The notes: generated by a model from the sequence alone, not told the origin. A stretch of DNA of 64,000 bases from Firmicutes bacterium ADurb.Bin193 (GCA_002070105.1 MWCQ01000003.1:143101-207100), one strand, 5' to 3'; positions 22,606 through 31,894 are shown, counted from the first letter of the stretch. Program-made: numbers and translations.

Positions 22606-22738
22606 TTCGGCGGAAAACACAGGCGAATACCATTTTCTCAAAAAAGCAAAATTGCACAAATTTTGTGCAACTTTGCTAAAAATTAAGTTTTGGGCGCAAA
22701 GCTCGGGCGAATTCTGTTTTCACAAAAGGCGCCGAAAT
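22606..22738. repeat. 133-bp imperfect palindrome (MITE-like or structured element)
   Basis: Termini are TTTCGGCG (22606-22613) and CGCCGAAA (22731-22738). Inner matching arms are GAAAACA and AGCAAA. The centre is a perfect 19-bp palindrome, TTGCACAAATTTTGTGCAA (22653-22671). Confidence 0.4.
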
Positions 22739-22765
22739 TATGCATTTTTTTATAATTTCCTATAA

Positions 22766-22790
22766 GTTAAAACAGCGGGCATTGCCCGCT
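22766..22790 (-). terminator. terminator of the 87-aa gene
   Basis: Minus strand AGCGGGC-AAT-GCCCGCT followed by GTTTTAAC. Confidence 0.6.
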
Positions 22791-22828
22791 TATTAAGTAT
22801 TGTTATAATCTTCAAAGTCTTTAAACCT

Positions 22829-23092
22829 TTAGCTATAAATTCTTTTTCCGTCCTTTATTCCGTTTATGTAAAAATAATTCATTATATATTCACTCTCTGC
22901 ATTTTTGGTGCAGATATAATCGTCTAGAATAAGCCAGTTTTCTTTATTTACAGCACATTTTAAACATTTTAGCGCATTATAATTTTCGTCGGCAAGCTTT
23001 AAATACTCCTTGTCGCTCATAAGACTTTTTTCCAATTCGATAATCCTGTTATTTGTATCTCCATCCTTATGTATATCTTCGACAGTTAGCAT
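22829..23092 (-). CDS. hypothetical protein, divergent from the XRE/S24 repressor
   Basis: 87 aa, low GC, with its own terminator. No motif recognised. Confidence 0.55.
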   Translation of the reverse strand: MLTVEDIHKDGDTNNRIIELEKSLMSDKEYLKLADENYNALKCLKCAVNKENWLILDDYICTKNAESEYIMNYFYINGIKDGKRIYS

Positions 23093-23263
23093 TTTAACAC
23101 CCTACCTTTCGTTCACGAATTGAAAACTTATAATTAAATTATACACTCTTTTTGCGTTTTGTCAACACGTTTTTGATTATTTTGTCATATTTTCTCAAAT
23201 AATGTAATTGTAACTTGTGTTTTTCGAAAATTATATGTATAATATAGAGCGGAGGTGAAAAAA

Positions 23264-23904
23264 ATGAATTTATCGGATAAATTGAGATCACTTCGTCTTC
23301 AAAAAAAACTGTCTGCGACTTTTGTGGCTAAACAGCTTGGTATTGCTAAATCCACGCTTTCAAACTATGAAAAAGGAATTCGAGCACCCAAGGGAGAGAT
23401 GCTTAGCAAATTTGCAAGGCTATACAACACTTCTTTGGATGACTTGTTTAATATGGAGAAAACCGCCGGTTGCGAAAATTTTCACACATATCTTATTGCA
23501 AATAATCATCTTATTCCTATTTTAAGCACTATTGTTTCCAACGAGCCGTTGATTTGCGAAAAATACATTATCGGATATACGGACCTGAGCAGCGAATATA
23601 TCGGCAAGGGTGATTATTTTGGGCTTTATGTTAAGGATGACAGCATGAACAACAAAAGAATCTGCGAGGGGGATATAGTTATCGTAAGAAAACAAAATCA
23701 TGTTCAAAACGGAGAAATCGGTGTTGTTTTAATAGAGGGACAGGAAGCATCGATTAAAAAATTTTTACGACAAACAAAACCATAACCTTGATGCCAAGCA
23801 GCTCAAACCCGATACATAAAGTTCGAATTATTGATATTAACGAGGTAAATGTAAGTATACTCGGTAAGGTTGTGGAGGTGAAAATAAGCATTAACAACAA
23901 CTGA
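23264..23904 (+). pseudogene. XRE-HTH / S24 peptidase (LexA/CI-like) repressor with a 1-nt frameshift
   Basis: ATG 23264 lies 8 nt after GGAGG. An HTH_XRE region (LRLQKKLSATFVAKQLGIAKSTLSNYEKG) is followed by an S24 domain (DDSM Ser, IKKF Lys). The frame stops at 23785, but the -1 frame continues TTNKTITLMPSSSNPIHKVRIIDINEVNVSILGKVVEVKISINNN* to 23904. That continuation is the expected S24 C-terminus. The shift falls in or just after the A6T5 run at 23756-23766. Confidence 0.75.
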
Positions 23905-24009
23905 ATATTTACGCGTAGCGGGATTTTTGAAGGTAACAACAATATTATCCAAAATTTACTTGCTCCGTTTCCCCGTTAAAAGCCAATAATAATAACGGGG
24001 AGGTTTATC

Positions 24010-24795
24010 ATGAAAAATTCAACTTTGAAAATATTTTTAATTATTGCTTTTATATCATTGTTATGCGGTTGCTTTTCTACCCACGAAACCGAAGTGATTC
24101 AAGGGGCGGGCTACAAAAACAGCAAAATTCAGTGGGGTTTCAAAAAAATTGAAGGGAAGTGCCCCGAGGTTCCTTCACAGTGGAGTGAGCTTTTAAAAAA
24201 ATACGACGGTTTTTACACCGGAGATACCGCCTCGAAAAAGCTGTATCTTACCTTTGACGAAGGCTACGAAAACGGTATGACAGCGCGTATTCTTGATATT
24301 TTAAAAAAGGAAAATGTTACTGCTGCGTTTTTTATAACCGGTTCCTATTTAAAAACGCAAAAAGAGCTTGTTTTGAGAATGGTAAACGAAGGACATATTG
24401 TCGGTAATCACACACGAAATCATCCGAGCATGCCGGAGGTTTTGTCGGATAAAAAGCTAATGGAGGAAATAAGCTCGCTAAACGACGGTTTCTTTAGTCT
24501 TACAAGTCTTAATATGAAATATCTGCGCCCTCCAAAGGGCGAATTCAGCGAAAGAACACTTGCGATCTCTCAAAAAATGGGGTATAAAACGATTCTTTGG
24601 AGTAACGCCTATGTCGACTGGGTCAAAAACGGCAACACAAAGCAAAACGCGTTCAACAAAGTAACAAAATACCTGCACGGAGGATGTATCATTCTGCTCC
24701 ATGCCGTATCGGAAGAAAATACCGAAGCATTGTCTGAAATTATCAGTTTCGCAAGAGAAAAGGGTTATACATTTGTCAGCTTGGATGATTTGTAA
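24010..24795 (+). CDS. polysaccharide deacetylase family sporulation protein (PdaA/PdaB-like), lipoprotein
   Basis: 261 aa with a lipobox (LLCGC). NodB motifs are present: LTFDEGYENG, FFITG and GNHTRNHPS. Confidence 0.8.
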   Translation: MKNSTLKIFLIIAFISLLCGCFSTHETEVIQGAGYKNSKIQWGFKKIEGKCPEVPSQWSELLKKYDGFYTGDTASKKLYLTFDEGYENGMTARILDILKKENVTAAFFITGSYLKTQKELVLRMVNEGHIVGNHTRNHPSMPEVLSDKKLMEEISSLNDGFFSLTSLNMKYLRPPKGEFSERTLAISQKMGYKTILWSNAYVDWVKNGNTKQNAFNKVTKYLHGGCIILLHAVSEENTEALSEIISFAREKGYTFVSLDDL

Positions 24796-24886
24796 TAGTC
24801 AGTAATATATAGCTCTGCCTTATATTATTTAACAGAATACCGAACCCCCGAAAGGAACATTATAAGAACAAGGGGGTGCAGGTAAA

Positions 24887-26035
24887 ATGACAAAAAGAAA
24901 AAAACTTCTCTCTCTGTCGGTTTTTTTAACTATTGTTTTTATATTCAATATTTATTTTACTATACCAAAAAGTGTTACGCTTCAGGAGGGTGAGGTATAC
25001 GATTTCCCGCCGCTTGTTCAGGCATCTAAAGATACACAGGGTATTCAGCTTAAGCTTTTCGGCTTCTTGCCGCTTAAGACCGTACAGGTTAACACAGTAG
25101 AAAAAACAGAGCTTATCCCGTGCGGCAATACCGTGGGGATACGAATCAGCGTCGACGGTGTTATGGTTGTAGGGTTTTCGGATTTTCGCCTTGCGGACGG
25201 AAAGAAGATTTGCCCCGCAAAAATCGGCGGATTAAAGGAAGGCGACATAATAAAAAGCGTTAACGGCGTTAGGGTAAGCAATATTTCAGGCTTTTCCGGG
25301 GAAATAAACTCCTTAAACGGAAAAAGCGCAAAGCTTGAGGTTGTACGGGCCAATGCGGTTCACTTGCTTTCGGTAACGCCCGAATTCTCAAAAGAAGACA
25401 ATGCTTACAGAATAGGTGCATGGGTTCGCGACAGCACCTCAGGAATAGGGACGATAACATTCATAAATCCCAAAAACAATACTTTCGGCGCGCTCGGTCA
25501 CGGAATAACAGATGTTGATACAGGCAAGATTATTCCCGCCGACGGGGGCGATGTTATTCTTTCGAGGATTGTAGGAGTTAAAAAGGGTTTAAAAGGTTCG
25601 CCCGGCGAGCTTAAGGGTATCTTTTCGCTGTCAAAAACAATCGGCAATGTTTTGGAAAACCGTGAAACAGGTGTATATGGTAAAATAAGCGGCATTGAGT
25701 ACCCAAAAAAGCCGATTCCGACCGCAATGCGGTCTCAGATAAAAACAGGACACGCAACAATTTTATCCGGAATCGAAAACGAGAGGGTTGAAGAGTATGC
25801 GATAGAGATCCAAAAAATAATGAAAAACTCGGTAAACAACAAGGGTATGATTATAAAAATAACCGATGAAAAACTTCTTAAAAAAACCGGAGGCATAGTA
25901 CAGGGTATGAGCGGTAGTCCGATTCTTCAGAACGGGCTTCTTGTCGGCGCGGTAACGCATGTGTTCATCAACGACCCGACAAGAGGTTATGCGACATTCA
26001 TAGACCTTATGTTAAACGATACAATTATCGACTAA
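24887..26035 (+). CDS. spoIVB: SpoIVB signalling serine peptidase (S55)
   Basis: 382 aa with an N-terminal TM helix, a PDZ region (GLKEGDIIKSVNG), GTITFINP..FGALGHGI and a catalytic GMSGSPI. Lies immediately upstream of spo0A, as in Bacillus. Confidence 0.92.
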   Translation: MTKRKKLLSLSVFLTIVFIFNIYFTIPKSVTLQEGEVYDFPPLVQASKDTQGIQLKLFGFLPLKTVQVNTVEKTELIPCGNTVGIRISVDGVMVVGFSDFRLADGKKICPAKIGGLKEGDIIKSVNGVRVSNISGFSGEINSLNGKSAKLEVVRANAVHLLSVTPEFSKEDNAYRIGAWVRDSTSGIGTITFINPKNNTFGALGHGITDVDTGKIIPADGGDVILSRIVGVKKGLKGSPGELKGIFSLSKTIGNVLENRETGVYGKISGIEYPKKPIPTAMRSQIKTGHATILSGIENERVEEYAIEIQKIMKNSVNNKGMIIKITDEKLLKKTGGIVQGMSGSPILQNGLLVGAVTHVFINDPTRGYATFIDLMLNDTIID

Positions 26036-26080
26036 AAATTTGTGCAAATCAGACAAATGTGAATATTTTACAAAAAATAC

Positions 26081-26109
26081 TTGAAATATTTTTCGTAAAG
26101 TAGTATAAT
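26081..26109 (+). promoter_or_regulatory. sigmaA-type promoter upstream of spo0A
   Basis: TTGAAA (26081-26086), 17 nt spacer, TATAAT (26104-26109). Confidence 0.5.
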
Positions 26110-26147
26110 GCTGACAGTTGACAAATTACCAAATTTTAGGAGGATTG

Positions 26148-27035
26148 ATGATGGATAAAATAAGGTTGGCAATAGCAGACGACAGTAGGGATTTTTGCAG
26201 AATAATGAAGGATTATATCGCTACCGTTCCCGATATTGAGCTTGTAGGAATCGCTTCCGATGGGCTTGTAACTTTAGAGCTTGTCGAAAGCAAAAACCCC
26301 GATGTTTTGCTTCTTGATAATGTTATGCCGTTTTTGGACGGTCTCGGTGTTCTTTCCAAGCTTTGCGAGTCGGGTATAAAAGAAAGGGTAAAGATTATTA
26401 TGATAAGCGGAAGTCTTTCCGACGATTTTGTAATAAATGCAAGCAAGCTTGGCGCGGATTATATAATGTCCCGAAGAATGAGCGCCGAAGAAATCGTTGT
26501 TAAGGTTCGAATGGTTATGGAAACGCCGGAGCTTGATTCATACTCAGCTATGGGCACAATTCCCGTAGGGCCAGCACAGTTCGGAAGAGCCGTACAAAGC
26601 TCTTTTTCGCAGGGAATGATAAACGACAATGCGGGGCGCCCTTCCTTCAGGTCTCCGGGAATTATGAAAAGAGTATCTCCCGATATCGAAAAAACCGTTA
26701 CAACCATTATTCATGAAATAGGCGTTCCGGCACATATCAAAGGATATACTTATCTTAGGGAAGCGATTATGCTTGTTCTTAAAGATACAGACCTTATAAA
26801 CTCCATTACCAAACAGCTTTATCCCACCGTAGCAAAAAAACACAACACTTCGTCAAGCCGCGTTGAGCGCGCCATACGCCATGCAATAGAGGTCGCCTGG
26901 GACAGAGGCGATACGGAAACGCTTAACAATCTTTTCGGCTTTACCATCAACCAAAACAAAGGCAAGCCTACCAACAGCGAATTTATCGCAATGATTTCGG
27001 ATAAATTAAGACTTGAAATGAAAGGTATCGGTTAA
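26148..27035 (+). CDS. spo0A: sporulation master regulator Spo0A
   Basis: The track ORF begins at 26118. ATG 26148/26151 ([12 protein letters not shown]) follows AGGAGG at 26138-26143. Receiver domain plus the Spo0A C-terminal signature [35 protein letters not shown]. Confidence 0.97.
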   Translation: MMDKIRLAIADDSRDFCRIMKDYIATVPDIELVGIASDGLVTLELVESKNPDVLLLDNVMPFLDGLGVLSKLCESGIKERVKIIMISGSLSDDFVINASKLGADYIMSRRMSAEEIVVKVRMVMETPELDSYSAMGTIPVGPAQFGRAVQSSFSQGMINDNAGRPSFRSPGIMKRVSPDIEKTVTTIIHEIGVPAHIKGYTYLREAIMLVLKDTDLINSITKQLYPTVAKKHNTSSSRVERAIRHAIEVAWDRGDTETLNNLFGFTINQNKGKPTNSEFIAMISDKLRLEMKGIG

Positions 27036-27167
27036 TATAGCGTTGCAACAGACACCCTGTTTATATAAATCTTCGCTTACGCTCGTGCGGTGAGCGTAAG
27101 CGAAGACGGACTGATTCCGCAAAAAAGCGGAAATCAAATGATTTTTCGCTATTATATACTATTGATT

Positions 27168-27192
27168 AAAAAAGTGCCGACGGCACTTTTTT
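27168..27192. terminator. bidirectional terminator after spo0A
   Basis: AAAAAAGTGCC-GAC-GGCACTTTTTT. A second 14-bp hairpin, CTTCGCTTACGCTC/GAGCGTAAGCGAAG, lies at 27071-27105. Confidence 0.6.
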
Positions 27193-27309
27193 AATTTTTC
27201 CCTGCGGTCTGGCGGCTTGTGATTTTTCGCCTAAAAATTTAATATTTCAAGGTAAAAAACAGCCTCGGCCGATTTTTTTGTTAAAGGAGTAAAAAATAAC
27301 TCAAAATGC

Positions 27310-27338
27310 TTGAAAAATCGTTTGTTTTTTGGTATAAT
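27310..27338 (+). promoter_or_regulatory. near-consensus extended -10 promoter about 265 nt upstream of dnaA
   Basis: TTGAAA (27310-27315), 17 nt spacer, TGgTATAAT (27330-27338). Confidence 0.55.
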
Positions 27339-27602
27339 GGACAGGCATATAAGTGTGTATTGCTTACTCCCCGGACTTTACCTTATAATACCATTTTACA
27401 ACAGGATGAATGTCTTTCTCTGCATGCATTATCGTCCGGTATGGTAAGCACCCGAATATCCAAATCCGTAAAGCAATGGCGATTGATATATGCTCCATCG
27501 GCTTTATTGCTTTTGTTTTTTCGCCGTCAGACCTACGCTCTGATGCGTTAGCGGTTTTATTACTTTTATTACAATATGCCAGAAAGGCAGATGATTTAAA
27601 AA

Positions 27603-28925
27603 ATGAAGACAGCTTCCGAGCTTTGGGAAGACGCATTGCCTTACATTAAAAAAAATGTTTCTTCAACAGGTTTTGCAACAGCTTTTACTAAGGTGCGTCC
27701 ATCGGACATTACAAAAAATACCTTTGTGCTCTCCGTAAACCATGATATTTACAGGGACATGCTTGAGATGTACCGCGATATTATTGTTGATGCCGTTGCC
27801 ATTGCAAACGGTTCTGCTATGGAACTTGAAATCATAACCGAGGATGAAGAAGCGAAAAAAGAAAAGGAAAAGGTCTCCGCTATCAGAGGAGAGAGCGTTT
27901 TAAACCCCAAATTCACCTTTGAAAACTTTATAGTCGGAAAAAACAACGAATTTGCCTGCGCTGCCGCCTACAACATTACCGCAGGTCCGGTCAGCGATTC
28001 ATACAACCCTCTTTTGATATACGGAGGAAGCGGTCTTGGAAAGACACATCTTCTTCACGCCGTGGGGAATGCGATTTTAGAGAAAAATCCCGTTGCAAAT
28101 GTTATGTATGTAACCTCCGAAAAGTTTATGAACAGCTTTATTGAATCCATCAGGAATGAAACGAGCAAGGCTTTTCGCGAAAAATTCCGCACGATTGATG
28201 TTCTTCTACTTGATGATATTCAGTTTTTTGCGGGAAAGGACGGGACTCAGGAGGCATTTTTCCACACCTTTAACGAGCTTGTAGGCAACAACAAACAAAT
28301 TATGATGACATCCGACCGACCGCCGAAGGATATTTATCCTCTTGAAGAAAGGCTTCGCACACGGTTGTCCGGAGGGCTTATGGCCGACATCAAGCCGCCA
28401 GATTATGAGACGCGCATAGCCATACTTCAGTCAAAGGTAAAAAGCGCAAAGGTTTCCATTCCCGATGAAATTTTTGATCTTGTGGCACAGCAGGTTAAAA
28501 GCAATATTCGTGAGCTTGAGGGTGCAATACGCACTATCGTGGCCTACAGCGAAATCAGCAAGAAGGATATAGAGCTTGACACCGCAAACAGGATTTTAAA
28601 TGATTATTTTTCATCGTCACACAAGAGGAAAATTGACGCGGACTACATAATAAAGCAGGTTGAAAACTATTTCAACTTAAAAGATGACGAGATTAAAAGC
28701 AACAAGCGGGACAAGGAATATACATATCCGCGCCAGATTGCAATGTATATATGCAGAGAGCTTACCCAGCTTTCCCTGCCGGAAATCGGCAAGGAGTTCG
28801 GCGGGCGCGATCATTCCACGGTCATGCATTCAATAAAGAAAATTAAAAGCATTATGCAAAAGGATCTTGATTCAATGAGAACGATAAACGACCTTATAAA
28901 AAATATAAAGAGCAGCGAGGGCTGA
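27603..28925 (+). CDS. dnaA: chromosomal replication initiator DnaA
   Basis: 440 aa. AAA+ Walker A (GGSGLGKTHLLHA), LLLDDIQF, and a domain IV helix (RQIAMYICRELTQLSLPEIGKEFGGRDHSTVMH). Confidence 0.98.
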   Translation: MKTASELWEDALPYIKKNVSSTGFATAFTKVRPSDITKNTFVLSVNHDIYRDMLEMYRDIIVDAVAIANGSAMELEIITEDEEAKKEKEKVSAIRGESVLNPKFTFENFIVGKNNEFACAAAYNITAGPVSDSYNPLLIYGGSGLGKTHLLHAVGNAILEKNPVANVMYVTSEKFMNSFIESIRNETSKAFREKFRTIDVLLLDDIQFFAGKDGTQEAFFHTFNELVGNNKQIMMTSDRPPKDIYPLEERLRTRLSGGLMADIKPPDYETRIAILQSKVKSAKVSIPDEIFDLVAQQVKSNIRELEGAIRTIVAYSEISKKDIELDTANRILNDYFSSSHKRKIDADYIIKQVENYFNLKDDEIKSNKRDKEYTYPRQIAMYICRELTQLSLPEIGKEFGGRDHSTVMHSIKKIKSIMQKDLDSMRTINDLIKNIKSSEG

Positions 28926-28940
28926 CGGACAAACCTTTGT

Positions 28941-29175
28941 AAATCCACCGGCTTTCCACAGAATTATCACTATCAACATGATGCTTCCTGTTGAAGCTTG
29001 TGGGTAAAAAAACGGGCACTGCTTTCCCTGTGAAAACTGTTTATAACAGGGCCCGAAATCCACAGATAATAACACAACCTTAAAGCCCGGTACCATACGG
29101 ATGTCACGGCTTTTCCACAGGATGAACAACACTTATTATTGGTATTCCTAAAAAAATATATCTATTGCTATTGCT
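28941..29175. other. oriC candidate: DnaA-box cluster plus AT-rich unwinding region
   Basis: Five 9-mers resemble TTATCCACA: AAATCCACC (28941), CTTTCCACA (28952), TGTGGGTAA (28999, reverse), AAATCCACA (29056) and TTTTCCACA (29111). They are followed by the AT-rich stretch ACTTATTATTGGTATTCCTAAAAAAATATATCTATTGC. The dnaA-dnaN spacer is the usual Firmicute oriC position. Confidence 0.7.
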
Positions 29176-29197
29176 TTGCATGAAAGGGGATTATAAA

Positions 29198-30337
29198 ATG
29201 AATTTTGTATGTGACAGAGTTGCCGTAACCGATGCAGTCGGAATCGTTCAGAAGGCCGTGGCTTCACGCTCTACCCTTCCCGTTTTGGAGGGTATTCTTA
29301 TTAAAGCAAGTGAAGGCAGGGTTGTACTTACCGGCAACGATTTGGAAATCGGTATTGAATGTGTGATTGCAGCGGATGTTTCCGCACCCGGAAAGGTTGT
29401 CGTAAACTCAAATCTCTTCGGAACGGCTGTAAGAAAAATGACCGGTGACACCATTACGGTAAAAATGCTTCCGAACAACGCCGTTTCGATAAAATGCGGA
29501 AATTCCGAGATAAAACTTAACGGAATAAATGCCGAGGAGTTTCCCGAAATTCCTAAGTTTGAAACGGAATTTGACATTGTTCTGTCGCAAAGAGAATTTA
29601 AAAGCCTTATAAGACATACCATATTCGCTGTCGGTACCAACGAGGCAAAGCTTATTTTGACCGGTTGCCTTTTAGAGGCATCGGGCAATAATGTAAATAT
29701 GGTGGCTGTGGACGGATTCAGGCTTGCTCTTAAAAAGGTTGTAACGGAGGAAAGTAGCGTAAGCGGATATTTCGGTGATGTATCCCTTGTCATTCCTGCA
29801 AAGACATTAAGAGAACTTAACAACATTATTGTTGACCGTGACGATAAGATTATTATTAAGTGCTCACAAAAGAATGTAAGGTTTGAGTTTGACAATGTTG
29901 TTTTCACCTCAAGGCTTTTGGAAGGTGACTTTATTGAGTATAAAAAGATTATTCCGACAGAATTCAAAACAAAAATAACCGCTGATTTAAAGTCGCTTAT
30001 AGAGGCTGTTGACAGGGCGTCTATAATTATAACCAATGAGATTAATAAAAGTCCTTTGATTATGAAAATTTCCGGCGGAGAGATAAGAATTCTTTGCGAA
30101 ACAGGCGCAGGCGCGGTTGATGAGGTTGTTCCCGTTGAAATGACGGGAGCGGACATTGAAATAGGATTTAACAACAAATACCTTCTTGAAGCCCTGAAGG
30201 CGGCGGAGGGAGATAGGGTAAACCTTGATTTTATCGGCCCGATTAACCCCTGCCTTATCACTCCGTATGAGGGTGACGACTTTAAGTTTATCGTTCTTCC
30301 CGTAAGGCTGAGGACGGATGTATCGATGGATGTATGA
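29198..30337 (+). CDS. dnaN: DNA polymerase III beta sliding clamp
   Basis: The track ORF starts at 29165. ATG 29198 gives MNFVCDRVAVTDAVGIVQKAV..STLPVLEGILI, and the protein ends FIVLPVRL. Confidence 0.96.
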   Translation: MNFVCDRVAVTDAVGIVQKAVASRSTLPVLEGILIKASEGRVVLTGNDLEIGIECVIAADVSAPGKVVVNSNLFGTAVRKMTGDTITVKMLPNNAVSIKCGNSEIKLNGINAEEFPEIPKFETEFDIVLSQREFKSLIRHTIFAVGTNEAKLILTGCLLEASGNNVNMVAVDGFRLALKKVVTEESSVSGYFGDVSLVIPAKTLRELNNIIVDRDDKIIIKCSQKNVRFEFDNVVFTSRLLEGDFIEYKKIIPTEFKTKITADLKSLIEAVDRASIIITNEINKSPLIMKISGGEIRILCETGAGAVDEVVPVEMTGADIEIGFNNKYLLEALKAAEGDRVNLDFIGPINPCLITPYEGDDFKFIVLPVRLRTDVSMDV

Positions 30338-30549
30338 CGAATGATATACGGATTGAGATAACAGGAGAGTCTATAAAGCTTGACCAGCTTTTGAAGCTTA
30401 CAAATCTTGTCGTAAGCGGAGGCGAGGCGAAACAGCTCGTTTTGGCGGGAGAGGTTTTTGTCAACGGAGAGGTTGAGTTTCGCCGCGGGCGGAAAATAAA
30501 AAAAGGTGATACCGTCTTTTTTAGGGAGCATGAAATAAATGTGGGTTGA
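30334..30549 (+). CDS. yaaA: S4-domain RNA-binding protein YaaA
   Basis: 71 aa. KLDQLLKLTNLVVSGGEAKQLVLAGEVFVNGE. Sits in the conserved dnaN-recF position. Confidence 0.9.
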   Translation: MTNDIRIEITGESIKLDQLLKLTNLVVSGGEAKQLVLAGEVFVNGEVEFRRGRKIKKGDTVFFREHEINVG

Positions 30550-31609
30550 CGAAATTCGGCTTGTGAATTTTCGCGGCTATAAAAATGCCTCGGTTATGTT
30601 TGACAGGGGCGTAAATATTATATATGGCGCAAACGCAAGCGGAAAGACAAATATTCTCGAAGCGCTGTTCCTTATGTCCGCCGCACGCTCACACCGCTTT
30701 GTTAAGGAAAACGAAATGATAAGTTTCGGCTGTAAATGCGCAAAGGTTTTTGCGGCCTTTTACTCAAGGGGAAGGGACAACACAGGCGAAATTACGCTTT
30801 TTAAGGACAAAAAAAAGCAAATAAGGATTAACGGCGTTGCGATTGACAAGACAAGCGAGCTTATGGGTTTTTTAAATGCGGTTATGTTCTGCCCTGAGGA
30901 TTTAAGGCTTATAAAAGGCGCTCCGAGGGAGAGGCGGCGCATGATGGATGTTGGGATATGCCAGATCAGCAAAAAGTACTTTAATGCGCTGACCCAGTAT
31001 ATAAAGGTTTTGGAGCAAAAAAACAGGCTATTAAAGGACAAGCCCGATAGCAAGGCGCTTTGGGTGTGGAACGAAAAGCTTGCCGAGCTCGGAACAGAGG
31101 TTATATGGTTTAGAAAAAGCTATATTGACTCAATCGGAAAAAAAGCGGCCGAAATACATCGGGATATATGCAAAGAGGATTTTGAAATAAAATACTCCTG
31201 CGGCGCAGGCGTTGATGACTTTTCAAGCAAAGAATCAATTTTGAACCGGTTTCGCTGTGAAATTGAAAAGAATGATGAACGCGAAAAACGATTCGGCATT
31301 TCACTTGTCGGCCCTCACAGAGATGATTTTGAAATATTTATCGATAAAAACGAGGCAAGGGTTTATGCCTCCCAGGGTCAGCAAAGAACAGCAGTGCTTT
31401 CCGTTAAAATGAGCGAGGTTTCGCTTATAAGGGAAAATACCGGTGAGCCTCCCGTGCTTTTACTTGACGATGTTATGTCTGAGCTTGACGCACACAGGCA
31501 GAGCTATATTTTAAACGGAATCAAAGATTCGCAGGTTATTATAACCTGTACGGAGCCTTTTGACTGCTTTGGCGCAAAAATTATCAACATAAGGGATGTG
31601 AGGGCTTAA
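30539..31609 (+). CDS. recF: DNA replication/repair protein RecF
   Basis: 356 aa. Walker A GANASGKTNILEA, an SQGQQRT signature, and LLLDDVMSELD. Confidence 0.96.
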   Translation: MWVDEIRLVNFRGYKNASVMFDRGVNIIYGANASGKTNILEALFLMSAARSHRFVKENEMISFGCKCAKVFAAFYSRGRDNTGEITLFKDKKKQIRINGVAIDKTSELMGFLNAVMFCPEDLRLIKGAPRERRRMMDVGICQISKKYFNALTQYIKVLEQKNRLLKDKPDSKALWVWNEKLAELGTEVIWFRKSYIDSIGKKAAEIHRDICKEDFEIKYSCGAGVDDFSSKESILNRFRCEIEKNDEREKRFGISLVGPHRDDFEIFIDKNEARVYASQGQQRTAVLSVKMSEVSLIRENTGEPPVLLLDDVMSELDAHRQSYILNGIKDSQVIITCTEPFDCFGAKIINIRDVRA

Positions 31610-31861
31610 ATGTACCTTCATTTGGGCGAAAATGTTGTAATAAACTCAAAGAGAATAGTAGCCATTATAGACCTTGAAACATCCACCGTTTCAAAAAAAA
31701 CAAGGGACTTTCTGAAAAACGCCCAAAAGGGAAGCATTGTCGTAAATGTTTCGGACGAGCTTCCGAAGTCCGCCGTGATTTGCGAAAGAAACGGCGAAAA
31801 AGAGGTCTATATATCCCAGATTTCCACCGCCACATTGCAAAAACGGGCGGAAAAAATATAA
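31610..31861 (+). CDS. remB: DUF370 protein (YaaB/RemB)
   Basis: 83 aa starting MYLHLGENVVINSKRIVAIIDLE. Sits in the conserved slot between recF and gyrB. Confidence 0.85.
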   Translation: MYLHLGENVVINSKRIVAIIDLETSTVSKKTRDFLKNAQKGSIVVNVSDELPKSAVICERNGEKEVYISQISTATLQKRAEKI

Positions 31862-31894
31862 ATAAGAAACAAGGATTAGTTTAGAATTAGTTAA

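Noticed and set aside
29248-30531. 427-aa ORF antisense to dnaN/yaaA
   Set aside because: It lies fully inside and opposite the unmistakable dnaN gene. Its composition is Ser/Ile/Leu-rich and low-complexity, and it has no RBS. This is a typical shadow ORF.
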